NCBI GenBank assembly: GCA_051252375.1
Contig: JBPOFY010000003.1
Span: forward strand, 224,001-288,000
DNA: 64,000 nucleotides
Source: Opitutaceae bacterium
Lineage (GTDB): Bacteria; Verrucomicrobiota; Verrucomicrobiia; Opitutales; Coraliomargaritaceae
Reading direction: 5' to 3'
Below, piece by piece: positions 36,846-46,782 of the stretch. Position numbers and translations under genes: made by a program. The notes below the pieces were generated by a model, which saw only the letters and a list, made by a program, of their open reading frames with translations, was not told the DNA's origin and ran no database searches. Numbering within the stretch: the first letter of the stretch is position 1; each line of letters opens with the position of its first letter.

Positions 36846-39239
36846 ATGAAGCAAATTACCTCCATTCTCTTATTCGCATCGCTCGTCGTCTCAGCATCTG
36901 CGAGTCGACCACAAGTGCTTATACAGCCTGATCAGCGCGAAGCTTTCTTGAATAAGATTGGAACCATCGACTGGGCTGAAAGCGCTTTTGCGACGGTCAA
37001 GCAACGTGTTGATAAATACGTAGCGAAGACGGCGGAGCAACCGGATTGGATGCTCTCTCGTTTGGCGATGAATTGGGATACACATTATGTGCAGGCCGTC
37101 ACCAAGGGCTCGCGCACGATTGGTGGCAAAGGTCGTGCTCCCGTGCCGACTCCACGTTTTGCCGGTGCCCGTGACTGGAAGACGGACTACAATCGTCAGC
37201 CGTTTGATGAGTTGCGTCCTTACAATGACAAGGACGGACAGATCATGCTGGTGAATACGACTACTGGTGTTGAAGAGTGGGTCGACCCGTCGATCACGGG
37301 TCACTCCATTGAGCGCATCAACAAAGAGATCCTGCAACTTGTGGCTGAAGCGGCTTTTGTATATTGGGTCACCGGCGATGAGGAATATGCCGAGTTTGCT
37401 GCGCCAGTGCTGTGGCAGTTTATGCACGGTCTGTCTTATGTAGAGCCACCAGCTATTTTAGATGGGGACAAGGGACCGCATCGTATCATTGGCACTTTTA
37501 CTTATGAAGTGATCCACGAGAGTGCGATTAACGAGATCGCGGTGGCCTATGATTTCTTGCATGACTACATTGTCGCTCATCAGGAAATGCAGCCAACGGT
37601 GATTGAATCCGGAATCAAAACAGTGATCGACCGTGTCATTGCTGGTGGAGGCCGCACGGGCAACTGGAACTTACACCAAGCACGCGAAATTGCTTACGGT
37701 GGTTTGTCTTTGCAGAGCAACGATGCTTACGAGGACAACAAAGGTCGCGAGTATTATATTGATATCGTTCTGCATGCGGACTTACCGCATCAATGGGGGA
37801 TCATTCCCGTGATCGAGGAGGGCTATGATCAAGAGACTGCGATCTGGCCGGAAGCTGCGGGTTATGCTTTCGATACCACCGCGAATATCGTGCAACTGGC
37901 ATCAATGCTTGCAGTCACGCCGAGTGGTCAAAAAGCGATTGAGCACCCGACGCTGCAACGCGCGGTCGTCAATCAGATGAAACAGCTATATCCGAATGGT
38001 GCCTCCACCGGTATTGGTGATACCAGTTATACACGTTTGGATTCGCGCGCTGCTGAACTGATGCTCGTGCATGCAGTGGAGAGTGGCAAAACCGAGTTGG
38101 CCGAGACCTTATCGATCGCCATCCAAAAGGAAGTTGCTTCCGGAAGTTATGTTCGTGGCACAGAGGATGCATTGTTGGCACTGACACGTTACCTTTCTTT
38201 GTTACCTGAAGGAGCGGGCAAAGGCCTTGAATTGACGCCCACTTATTATGCCAAACCTCTGGATGTTGTCATGTTGCGAAACATGCCATCCAACGACGAT
38301 TCGAAGTATGCACTCAGTGCGGCAGTCTTCGGCACCAACGGTGGGCATATGCATGCCAATGGTCTGGCCGTTGAGCTCTTTGGTGCGGGTCATGTTTTGG
38401 GCTTCGATTCCGGACGTGGTTCCAGTTACTGGCAACCCGATCATAATGAATACTACAAGCTCGCGCCTGCGCACAACACGGTCGTCGTCAATGGTGTCTC
38501 GAGTTATAGCACGCACGGCAAGGGCATGATTCAGATGGAGGTCGAGCAAGTGGAACCCGCTTTCGATCAACCGATGGGGGAGGATGGTCTGGCTTATTTG
38601 ACATCCACCTTTCAATATAAAAAGCCCGAAGCGATGCAGCAACGCACACTCGCACTCGTGCGAGTGGATGATACCACCGCATTCTACTTCGACGTCTTCC
38701 GTTCCAAACTCAAGTTAGGCAGTCGGGGAGAGTATCACGATTGGTTCTATCACGGCATGGCCGACGGAGTTGAAGTGGCTGACTTGAAATTAAGCCCGAG
38801 CAAATTGCTGACTTCAAAGTCTAGGAATATGAAAGCTTACGATTACTTCTCGAACGAAGTGTCTGCGAAAACTGATGAATTGGTCCGCACACGTTTTCCA
38901 CTCGAAATCGTAGGTGATGAAGTCGCGATGGATGTCTGGATGCTCGGGGAAAACGGTCGCCAAGTATTCACTGTCGATGCGCCGGCCAATCGAGGTGCTC
39001 GCCATAATTACCCTGAGAAATATTGGGATCGCCTAACGCCCACCTTGGTGGTTCGTCAATATGGAGAGGCGTGGAAACGTCCGTTCGTCGCTGTTTATGA
39101 ACCCTTCCATCAGAAAGAGGGTGCTAAGCTAAAAAGTGTGGAGCAAGTTGGCGAAAATACTTGGCGAATTTCTGGTGACAAATGGTCACGTATTTTAAAG
39201 TTAGACGGTGCCAAATTGAGTATTTCAACAGAGAATTAA
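36846..39239 (+). CDS. Polysaccharide lyase, heparinase II/III-like (resembles PL40 ulvan lyases)
   Basis: Signal peptide; WMLSRLAMNW...APVPT; NWNLHQA; WPEAAGY; GGHMHANG...DSGRG..Y...AHNTVVVNG. The PL40 assignment is from recalled family features and needs an HMM check. Confidence 0.7.
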   Translation: MKQITSILLFASLVVSASASRPQVLIQPDQREAFLNKIGTIDWAESAFATVKQRVDKYVAKTAEQPDWMLSRLAMNWDTHYVQAVTKGSRTIGGKGRAPVPTPRFAGARDWKTDYNRQPFDELRPYNDKDGQIMLVNTTTGVEEWVDPSITGHSIERINKEILQLVAEAAFVYWVTGDEEYAEFAAPVLWQFMHGLSYVEPPAILDGDKGPHRIIGTFTYEVIHESAINEIAVAYDFLHDYIVAHQEMQPTVIESGIKTVIDRVIAGGGRTGNWNLHQAREIAYGGLSLQSNDAYEDNKGREYYIDIVLHADLPHQWGIIPVIEEGYDQETAIWPEAAGYAFDTTANIVQLASMLAVTPSGQKAIEHPTLQRAVVNQMKQLYPNGASTGIGDTSYTRLDSRAAELMLVHAVESGKTELAETLSIAIQKEVASGSYVRGTEDALLALTRYLSLLPEGAGKGLELTPTYYAKPLDVVMLRNMPSNDDSKYALSAAVFGTNGGHMHANGLAVELFGAGHVLGFDSGRGSSYWQPDHNEYYKLAPAHNTVVVNGVSSYSTHGKGMIQMEVEQVEPAFDQPMGEDGLAYLTSTFQYKKPEAMQQRTLALVRVDDTTAFYFDVFRSKLKLGSRGEYHDWFYHGMADGVEVADLKLSPSKLLTSKSRNMKAYDYFSNEVSAKTDELVRTRFPLEIVGDEVAMDVWMLGENGRQVFTVDAPANRGARHNYPEKYWDRLTPTLVVRQYGEAWKRPFVAVYEPFHQKEGAKLKSVEQVGENTWRISGDKWSRILKLDGAKLSISTEN

Positions 39240-39242
39240 TAT

Positions 39243-40652
39243 ATGAATCATAAGAAGTTTTCACTATTCGCAGGTCTATTTGTTGTGTGCTGCTTGGCGG
39301 TCTGCCAAGGCGCCTCAAGGCAGCCAAACATCGTTCTGATCATGAGTGACGATCAAGGTTGGGGGGATGTTGGCTTTAATGGTCATAAAGAACTGAAGAC
39401 ACCTAACCTGGATGCTATGGCCGCAGGTGGTGTTCGCTTTGATCGCTTCTATGCGTCGGCACCGCTTTGTTCGCCGACCCGTGGCAGTGTCCTTACCGGG
39501 CGCTATCCGTTCCGTTATGGCATCCTCGCCGCGCATACAGACGGTTTGCGGGTGGGAGAGTTCACTGTTGCTGAAATGCTCAAGAGCCAAGGCTATGCGA
39601 CTGGGTTCTTTGGTAAGTGGCACATCGGCTGGGTTCGTATGGAAGACAGTGGCTCACGTGGTCATTTCTCTCCACCTTCGCTCCATGGCTTTGACGAATG
39701 GTTCGCCACCACCAGTGCTGTGCCGACTTGGAACCCGACAGTGACTCCGATGAACTGGGACAGCTGGGGGAATAAACCCGGTGAGCCTTGGAAGGGTGGG
39801 GACCCTTACGTGCACAACGGCGTGGCCGTGACTGAAAACATGCAGGGCGACGACAGCCGTATCATTATGGATCGGGTGATTCCCTTTATTGAAGCGAACC
39901 AAGGCAAGCCTTTCCTCGCGACAGTATGGTTTCACGCGCCACACGAACCTGTGGTGGCTGGTGAGGAATACAAAAAGCTCTACCCGAAAGGCGGCGAGTT
40001 ACGAAAGAATTACTACGGCTGTATCACTGCCATGGATGATCAGATCGGTCGCTTACGTGCGAAGTTGCGCGAGCTCGGCATCGAGAAAAATACGGTCGTC
40101 TTCTTCTGTAGCGATAATGGACCCGCAGACCCGCTGGCAAAAAAGGACATTGCCTCGGCCGGTCCGTTTAAGGGGCATAAGCATACTATGTATGAAGGCG
40201 GGCTACTCGTGCCGGCCTGCGCTGAATGGCCGGGTGTGATTGAGCCGGGAGTAGTCGTGGAGACGCGTTGCTCGACGGTGGACTATTTTCCGACCATCGC
40301 GGCGCTCACAGGTTTCAGTTTTAAATCAAAAGAGGCGCGTCCGATCGATGGTATCGATTTGATGCCACTCGTCAGAGGTGAGCAAGTTGAGCGTGGGCAG
40401 GATCTGTTTTTCGGCTATCGACGTTTGTTTGAAGGCACCGATGGAGCCGCTGTAATCAGTGGTGACTATAAACTGCTCCGGGAAGCGAAGAAGAATGGGC
40501 GTATGCGTCTGTATAATTTGGCTGAAGATCCTTTCGAGACGAAGGATCTCACGAGCGAGATGCCTGAAGTGGCGGCCGCGCTCAGCAAGCGTCTCCAAGA
40601 ACTGGATGCGAGCTGCCAGCGTAGTCGCGATGGGGCGGATTACAAATATTAG
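39243..40652 (+). CDS. Sulfatase (S1)
   Basis: PNIVLIMSDDQGWGD; CSPTRGSVLTGR; FGKWHIG; SDNG; YEGG. Confidence 0.95.
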   Translation: MNHKKFSLFAGLFVVCCLAVCQGASRQPNIVLIMSDDQGWGDVGFNGHKELKTPNLDAMAAGGVRFDRFYASAPLCSPTRGSVLTGRYPFRYGILAAHTDGLRVGEFTVAEMLKSQGYATGFFGKWHIGWVRMEDSGSRGHFSPPSLHGFDEWFATTSAVPTWNPTVTPMNWDSWGNKPGEPWKGGDPYVHNGVAVTENMQGDDSRIIMDRVIPFIEANQGKPFLATVWFHAPHEPVVAGEEYKKLYPKGGELRKNYYGCITAMDDQIGRLRAKLRELGIEKNTVVFFCSDNGPADPLAKKDIASAGPFKGHKHTMYEGGLLVPACAEWPGVIEPGVVVETRCSTVDYFPTIAALTGFSFKSKEARPIDGIDLMPLVRGEQVERGQDLFFGYRRLFEGTDGAAVISGDYKLLREAKKNGRMRLYNLAEDPFETKDLTSEMPEVAAALSKRLQELDASCQRSRDGADYKY

Positions 40653-40681
40653 TGGGTTTGTTGAGCTATCATCCTTAAAAG

Positions 40682-40820
40682 AGTAGTTAGAAGTCAGAAG
40701 ACAGGAGTTAGAAGCTGAGCATCAGTGCTTTATGGCGTCTTTGCCTCTCGCCAAATTGCGGCAAGAGACGAATCTATAAGGACTTCATTATCAAAGACTA
40801 ACTTCTGACTCCTAACTCCT
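40682..40820. repeat. Inverted arrays of 7-bp repeats flanking an ~83-bp core
   Basis: AGTAGTT AGAAGTC AGAAGAC AGGAGTT AGAAGCT (40682-40716) versus AACTTCT GACTCCT AACTCCT (40800-40820). Confidence 0.7.
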
Positions 40821-40836
40821 GAATATAGGATCATCT

Positions 40837-41002
40837 AGAGCATACGCTAGTTCATCGGTGATTCATGCTCAATTGGTAGGGACGCCTGCCCACAGGCGTC
40901 CGAGACAGCAGGAAAGATCGTGGACGCCTAGAGGCAGGCGTCCCTACCATATACTTATACCAGTCTGGTTTTTATTTAAGTACTATCTACCTGGTCTGCT
41001 CT
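40837..41002. repeat. GTAG-type REPIN (40875-40948) inside a short outer inverted repeat
   Basis: GGTAGGGACGCCTGCCCACAGGCGTCC...GGACGCCTAGAGGCAGGCGTCCCTACC; outer AGAGCATAC / GTCTGCTCT. Confidence 0.7.
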
Positions 41003-41068
41003 CCTTTTCATTACCTAGATCAAACTTTTTTGAAAGTGGGTGAAAATTCGCTCTAAAAAGGAGCGAAT

Positions 41069-41080
41069 TCAACCGCTTGA
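41069..41080. promoter_or_regulatory. Motif B (TCAACCGCTTGA)
   Basis: Upstream of the PEP-CTERM gene; identical to 54234-54245. Confidence 0.6.
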
Positions 41081-41172
41081 CCTACGTTGTTGTTGATTGA
41101 TGACGGAAAATGTCAGAAAAAGTAAATTCTAATTTCCCTCTAGCTCTAATTCAACAGATCAAAACACCCCTT

Positions 41173-43593
41173 ATGAAGATTAAATCACTCATTCAACTCA
41201 CTAGTGCTGCGGCTTTGTTGCCGTTTACTGCTAGTGCCGCGACCATCACCTGGACTGGTGGCACGACCGACTATGAAACTGGCACCAATTGGGACGCCGG
41301 CGTTCCAACAAACGATACGTCCACCGACGTGGCAACTTTCACAGGTGGCATAGTTGATCTCGCTAGTGATCGTGCGGTGAGCGGCCTTGACTTCGACTCT
41401 GGCACAACTTTGACCGGCCTCGGCAACCTTGAAGTAGGCAATGATGGCATTACAGTTGACGGCAACAGTACAATCAGCACAGCAGGTTTGATTCTCAATC
41501 AAGCGACTGCGATCACCCTCAACGGCACGCTCGACATCAGCAGCGTTCTTACTGGAACCGGCGACCTTACGGTGACTGCCGGCACTGCGACTGCATTTTC
41601 CATGACGGGAACCAACGGTGACGATTCTTCATCGGGCTATTCTGGCAACGTTACCTTCGATGGCATCGATGCGACAGTCGGCCGCTATTTTGTAGGTAAC
41701 ACTGGAGTGGGAACCAATACACTATCCCTCCTCAACGGTGCGAGTATTAGCGCCAATAGCCACCTGAATATGGGAAGCCGGAACATCATCATCAGTGGCG
41801 GAGCCCAAATCAACCAGTATGGCAGCAACAACATCTACGGTTTGGACGGCATTATTTCCGGCACTGGCGGACTCACCTTCGGCCACGTGGGCGGCGGTAA
41901 TCGTGATAAGGTTCAGCTACAAGGAACCGCCAACACCTTTACCGGTGGAGTGACAATCGACGCTGTCGATGTGCATACCTCCGGTTCTGGTTCATTGGGT
42001 GATGCAGGCAACACAATCACTATCAAAAATGGTGGTTTTCTAAATGCACTCGGTGGCGATGATGTTGCCAACCGCGACATCGTGATTGAAGGCACTGGAA
42101 ACAAAATCCAAAATAATGGTGGCTGGACTTACACGGGTAATATTTCCGGCGCAGGTTCTTTGGAACTTGTAGGTGATGGCGGCGATGAGTGGTCTTGGAA
42201 TGATAGCTTTGGGAATACCTATTCCGGCGGTACAACGCTCGACAATGTTTACATGCGCGTGCGTGGTGATACACTCGGAACTGGCGACATTACCCTCAAG
42301 AACGGTTCTAAACTCAAAAATTATAAAAACACCCACATTACGCTCGACAACAATATCATCCTTGAAGCTGGTTCTGGTGGCGGCATTGTCTCAGGCTGGG
42401 GAAAAAGCATCACTCTGAATGGTCTTATTTCGGGAGAGGGTGAATTGACTATCGAGCCTGACAGTGGCACCACCAATTTGAATAATACTGGTAACACCTT
42501 CTCGGGTGGACTCAGAATCGAAGCCAAAACTGTTGCGGCCGGTGGCACTGCGCTGGGAACCGGAGACATTACCTTCAATAACGCCACTTTGGTGGCCACA
42601 GCTGGCAACGACCTCGGCACGCAAGCAGTTACTTTGGAAGGTGATGGTAACATTCAAATCTATAACAGCAAAGCCCTTACTATTGATGGAGTTGTTGACG
42701 GTGCTGGTAAGTTGACCGTTGAGAACGACGGCGGCACATTGAGACTCGGCGGTGTTAACACCTACTCGGGCGGCACCGAGATTCAGGGCGTCGTATGGGC
42801 AAAAACCGGTTCCCTCGGCACTGGCGACGTCACTTTAAACAACGTTAATGGTTCCCGTGGACATTTGCAGAACAATAATGGAGCAGCGACGCATACCAAT
42901 AACGTTATCATCTCCGCTAATGGTGGCCGAATGCAAGCTGGTTGGAATAGCAATCTGGAAGTCACTGGTGTGGTTTCTGGCTCAGGTGATCTGGCTATTG
43001 TTGGTGACAGCGGCACAGTTGTTCTTTCCAATGCTGCAAACACCTACTCAGGGCAGATTAATCTTCAAGATAATAACTCTAAGCTGAGTGTAGAATCATT
43101 GGGCGCTGGCGCCACAGTGATTGGTCATGCAGATGCAACATTCACATATACCGGTGACGCCGACTTTGATGGCGCTCAAGCCTTCTTCGGCACCACAGTG
43201 ATCGCTTCCGGTGCTACAGTCACTGGCGCTGGTTCACTTGCGGGTAACCTTACTCTCGAGACTGGTTCCCTGTTCATCTTCAGTGAAACCGATACGTTGA
43301 CCGTTAGCGGCGCCGTTTCGTTATTCGCTGGGTTTGGTGTCGACGACATCCAAGGACTCGGTTCCGGCACTGCGGTTGGCACATATGTCCTCATTGACGG
43401 CACAGCCAGTGATTTCTCAGGTGTCGATAACTTCGGTGCAGCAAATCAATTTGATATCGGTGGCGGCAAATTCGCTTACTTCCAGAACGGAAGCCTCGAG
43501 CTTGTGGTTGTTCCAGAGCCTGGCACATTCGCACTCCTCGCTGGTATGCTCGCACTTAGCTCGGTGATGATTCGCCGTCGCAGTCGCGCATAA
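41173..43593 (+). CDS. PEP-CTERM protein with autotransporter-associated beta-strand repeats
   Basis: Signal peptide from ATG 41173; repeated (A/G)NT(Y/F)(S/T)GG and LGTGDIT; ends VPEPGTFALLAGMLALSSVMIRRRSRA. Confidence 0.9.
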   Translation: MKIKSLIQLTSAAALLPFTASAATITWTGGTTDYETGTNWDAGVPTNDTSTDVATFTGGIVDLASDRAVSGLDFDSGTTLTGLGNLEVGNDGITVDGNSTISTAGLILNQATAITLNGTLDISSVLTGTGDLTVTAGTATAFSMTGTNGDDSSSGYSGNVTFDGIDATVGRYFVGNTGVGTNTLSLLNGASISANSHLNMGSRNIIISGGAQINQYGSNNIYGLDGIISGTGGLTFGHVGGGNRDKVQLQGTANTFTGGVTIDAVDVHTSGSGSLGDAGNTITIKNGGFLNALGGDDVANRDIVIEGTGNKIQNNGGWTYTGNISGAGSLELVGDGGDEWSWNDSFGNTYSGGTTLDNVYMRVRGDTLGTGDITLKNGSKLKNYKNTHITLDNNIILEAGSGGGIVSGWGKSITLNGLISGEGELTIEPDSGTTNLNNTGNTFSGGLRIEAKTVAAGGTALGTGDITFNNATLVATAGNDLGTQAVTLEGDGNIQIYNSKALTIDGVVDGAGKLTVENDGGTLRLGGVNTYSGGTEIQGVVWAKTGSLGTGDVTLNNVNGSRGHLQNNNGAATHTNNVIISANGGRMQAGWNSNLEVTGVVSGSGDLAIVGDSGTVVLSNAANTYSGQINLQDNNSKLSVESLGAGATVIGHADATFTYTGDADFDGAQAFFGTTVIASGATVTGAGSLAGNLTLETGSLFIFSETDTLTVSGAVSLFAGFGVDDIQGLGSGTAVGTYVLIDGTASDFSGVDNFGAANQFDIGGGKFAYFQNGSLELVVVPEPGTFALLAGMLALSSVMIRRRSRA

Positions 43594-43623
43594 TCAGTTC
43601 GCATTACGTAAACTCTTTAATGC

Positions 43624-43657
43624 AGGGTCCGACCTTTCGAGGTCGGACCCTTTTTTT
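43624..43657 (+). terminator. Rho-independent terminator
   Basis: AGGGTCCGACCT-TTCG-AGGTCGGACCC followed by T7. Confidence 0.9.
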
Positions 43658-43697
43658 GTGCTCAGTTGCTGCGGGTGAATATAGCTAGTCCATAACT

Positions 43698-43763
43698 GGT
43701 AGCGCGTGTGCGTTCGCCCTTCGACAAGCTCAAGGCCCTGAGGCTCTCGAAGGGCGAGACGCG
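43698..43763. repeat. Single GTAG REP-like hairpin with a second hairpin nested inside
   Basis: GGTAG-CGCGT...ACGCG enclosing an 11-bp stem TCGCCCTTCGA / TCGAAGGGCGA (43714-43757). Confidence 0.55.
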
Positions 43764-43764
43764 G

Positions 43765-43961
43765 CGAATGGCACTAAATTAAGAGGTAAACCTAAGGAAA
43801 TATATTTAAATAAACTTAACTATTTGCTGACGCCTAAGGTAGGGACGCCTGCCCTCAGGCGTCCGAGGCTGTAGGAGGAATATCGTGGACGCCTAGGGGC
43901 AGGCGTCCCTACCAAATACGCTAATATACACATCAATTTCTTCTTGAGGTAGTGCTATTCG
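43765..43961. mobile_element. MITE-like inverted-repeat shell carrying a GTAG REPIN (43838-43913)
   Basis: CGAATGGCACTA ... TAGTGCTATTCG ends; the inner REPIN is nearly identical to 40875-40948; the right end matches the left end of 57360-57527. Confidence 0.55.
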
Positions 43962-44149
43962 AGACGCGACTGCGCTAGCAGAATAGAACTTTTACGTGGA
44001 GGCCAGGCACCCAGCCTGAGGGTTTAGGATTAGTGAAGGTTGTCGAACTGTCTGGCGCGTAAGATGGGTTGACCTGCGCCGTCTGGATGTAGCTGTAGCT
44101 TTCGGACTGATCGAGTGCATTCTGTCGTATCGTCCCTGATCCCTGATTC

Positions 44150-44253
44150 TTTACCACTCATTCCCTTCGGTCATTGGAGGCACTGAGCAACGGAGTTTTG
44201 TTTTTCCTTCTCTCCTCTGTGTCTTCGTGTCTCCAGCGAAGCGGGTGGTTAAA
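44150..44253. repeat. Palindromic element with degenerate 9-bp repeats (copy 1)
   Basis: TTACCAC...CCCTTCGGTC..GGAGGCACTGAG...CTCTGTGTCTTCGTGTCTCCAGCGAAGCGGGTGGTTAA; both ends resemble the reverse complement of 48985-49138. Confidence 0.55.
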
Positions 44254-44381
44254 TATCCATTTTCTTTCCTACATCAGAACGGAATATTACGTGCGCTAGT
44301 CAGGATATCGAACCCTAGCATCGATGATGGATCGACAGCATGAATATTGCAGAATATTTTATGCATCCATCAATTTTCAGT

Positions 44382-46766
44382 ATGAAATCGAAAGCCATAA
44401 TATACTTACTCTGTAGTCTTTTCTGTTCTGGTATCATCTATGCGGATACCCCGTCTTGGATTGATCGTAATAAGGACGGTAAGAAAGACATTTACGAAGA
44501 TCCGAGCGCGCCGATACAGCAACGTATCGACGATCTACTGTCGCAGATGACGCTGGAGGAAAAGACCTGCCAGATGGGCACGATCTACGGCTACAATCGA
44601 GTGCTGAAGCAGCCGCGCCCGAGTGAGAAGTGGAAGAGTCGCGTGTGGAAGGATGGGGTCGCCAATATCGACGAGCATTGTAACGGTGTGCGCGGTGAGC
44701 AGGAGTTTATCGGACACGTCGAACACGGCGAGCTGCTCAACGAGATTCAGCAATGGTTCATCGAAGAAACGCGGCTCGGTGTTCCGGTGGACTTCACCAA
44801 CGAGGGCATTCGTGGTTTGTGCCATTCGTGGGCGAGTAATTTCCCGAGTCAGTTGGGGGTCGGCGCAACTTTTGATAAAGACCTCGTTCGACGTATCGGT
44901 GAGATCACCGGCGAAGAGGCTAGGGCGCTTGGCTATACAAATATCTATTCACCGATTTTAGATGTGGTGCGTGACCCGCGCTGGGGGCGGACGATCGAGT
45001 GCTACGGGGAGTCGCCGTTTCTTGTTGGGGAACTTGGCAAACAACAGACCTTGGGTTTGCAATCAAAGGGTGTTGTTTCGACCGCAAAGCACTTTGCGGC
45101 ATATAGCACGCCAAACGGTGGGCGCGATGCCAATGGGCGCACGGATCCTCAGATTCCATATCGTGATATGCACGAGATTCTGATGCATCCCTTTGAAAAG
45201 GTTTTTAAAGAAGCAGGAGCCAAGGGCACGATGAGTTCTTACAATACTTACGACGGTGTTCCGGTTACCGGAAATCCTTATTTTCTGACCGATTTGTTAC
45301 GCGGAGAGTATGGATTCAATGGATACGTGGTTTCCGATAGTGGTGCGGTGTCTCGGTTGGAGAAACAACATGGCACCGCGGCTAGCTTTGAGGATGCGGT
45401 GGTCGCTGCGGTCAACGCAGGTCTGAACGTTCGCACGAATTTTGAGAGTATGGAGAAGTTCGTCGAGCCACTGCGCGAGGCGGTGCGCAAGGGGCGTATC
45501 AGTGAAGCCACCATAGATTCCCGCGTCGCCGACGTATTGCGGGTTAAATTTGAACTGGGCTTGTTTGATCAACCCTTCGTTGATGCGTCGAAAGCACCTG
45601 CTATCGTGCATAGTCCGCAAAACGAAGCGGTTACTTTGGAAGCCGCCCGTAAATCGATCGTGTTGCTGAAGAACGACGCACAAGCTTTACCATGGAATCC
45701 GGACACCATCGGCACTGTGCTGGTGACGGGGCCTGGCGCTGACGATGTGCATCCGATGATCAGCCGTTACGGTCCGGGGCAGTCCGACGTGATTACACCT
45801 TTGGCAGGTATTCGGAATCTGCTGGTTGGTCGTGCGGAAGTGATACATGCGAAAGGCGTGGATTATCGCGATGCTCGATTCCCTGGCTCGGATATTTTAC
45901 CCGAGCCGCCGAATGCCGAGGAACAAGCACTGTTGGATGAGGCCATTACAGCTGCAGCGGAAGTCGACGCCATTGTGGTGGTCGTCGGGGATGATCATAG
46001 CACCGTCGGTGAGTCTCGCTCGCGCACATCGCTGGACCTGCCCGGACATCAGTTGCTCTTGGTCAAGGAAATGGTGAAATCCGGTAAACCAGTGACCGTT
46101 GTCTTGATGTCAGGTCGTGCGGCCTCAATTAACTGGATCGATCAGAATGTGCCCGGAATCTTTGCGTGTTGGCATGGTGGAGAGAAAGTCGGTCAAGCGG
46201 TGGCTGAAACTTTGTTTGGCGCCTATAACCCCGGCGGCAAACTGCCGATTACTTTCCCGCAGACTGCGGGGCAAATTCCGTTGGCATTCCCACACCGCAA
46301 CGGTGCTTGGGGAGAGCAAAATAAATCTGCCGATGAAAACGGCTGGGGATCGACCCGACTGGTGGACCCGCTCTATCATTTCGGTCATGGGCTCAGCTAC
46401 ACCACTTTCAAGTATTCCAATTTGAAAATTCAGCCTAAAGAACCAACTGCAGATGATGTCATCACAATCACTTGCGATTTGACCAATACCGGTCAACTAG
46501 CCGGCGATGAGGTTGTGCAGCTTTACGTGAAGGATGTGGTGGCGACGGTGGCACCATTTGATAAAGTCCTACGTGGTTTCGAGCGTGTTTCACTTTCGCC
46601 AGGAGAGACTCAAACCGTTGTTTTCAAACTGAATCCACGCCGTGATCTGAAAATGCTCGATCTTGGCAAGAATTGGGTGGTTGAACCGGGCGAGTTCAAG
46701 GTCATGCTGGGCACTTCATCTTCGCCAGAAGGCGTTATGCAAGCCGGGAACTTTATCTTACAATAG
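44382..46766 (+). CDS. Glycoside hydrolase family 3 (beta-xylosidase/beta-glucosidase-like)
   Basis: MTLEEK; TRLGVP..NEGIRG; RDPRWGR..E.YGE; KHF; VVSDSG; GHGLSYTTF; FN3-like GDEVVQLY. The ORF track starts it at 44340. Confidence 0.95.
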   Translation: MKSKAIIYLLCSLFCSGIIYADTPSWIDRNKDGKKDIYEDPSAPIQQRIDDLLSQMTLEEKTCQMGTIYGYNRVLKQPRPSEKWKSRVWKDGVANIDEHCNGVRGEQEFIGHVEHGELLNEIQQWFIEETRLGVPVDFTNEGIRGLCHSWASNFPSQLGVGATFDKDLVRRIGEITGEEARALGYTNIYSPILDVVRDPRWGRTIECYGESPFLVGELGKQQTLGLQSKGVVSTAKHFAAYSTPNGGRDANGRTDPQIPYRDMHEILMHPFEKVFKEAGAKGTMSSYNTYDGVPVTGNPYFLTDLLRGEYGFNGYVVSDSGAVSRLEKQHGTAASFEDAVVAAVNAGLNVRTNFESMEKFVEPLREAVRKGRISEATIDSRVADVLRVKFELGLFDQPFVDASKAPAIVHSPQNEAVTLEAARKSIVLLKNDAQALPWNPDTIGTVLVTGPGADDVHPMISRYGPGQSDVITPLAGIRNLLVGRAEVIHAKGVDYRDARFPGSDILPEPPNAEEQALLDEAITAAAEVDAIVVVVGDDHSTVGESRSRTSLDLPGHQLLLVKEMVKSGKPVTVVLMSGRAASINWIDQNVPGIFACWHGGEKVGQAVAETLFGAYNPGGKLPITFPQTAGQIPLAFPHRNGAWGEQNKSADENGWGSTRLVDPLYHFGHGLSYTTFKYSNLKIQPKEPTADDVITITCDLTNTGQLAGDEVVQLYVKDVVATVAPFDKVLRGFERVSLSPGETQTVVFKLNPRRDLKMLDLGKNWVVEPGEFKVMLGTSSSPEGVMQAGNFILQ

Positions 46767-46782
46767 AGGGTCGATTATACTT

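Noticed and set aside
41173..43593. Type V autotransporter
   Set aside because: It has passenger-type repeats but ends in PEP-CTERM, with no beta-barrel.
46663..46782. ORF-track N-terminal extensions (also 28091-28132, 41110-41172, 57299-57325)
   Set aside because: They overlap neighbours or precede clear signal peptides; downstream ATGs are more plausible.
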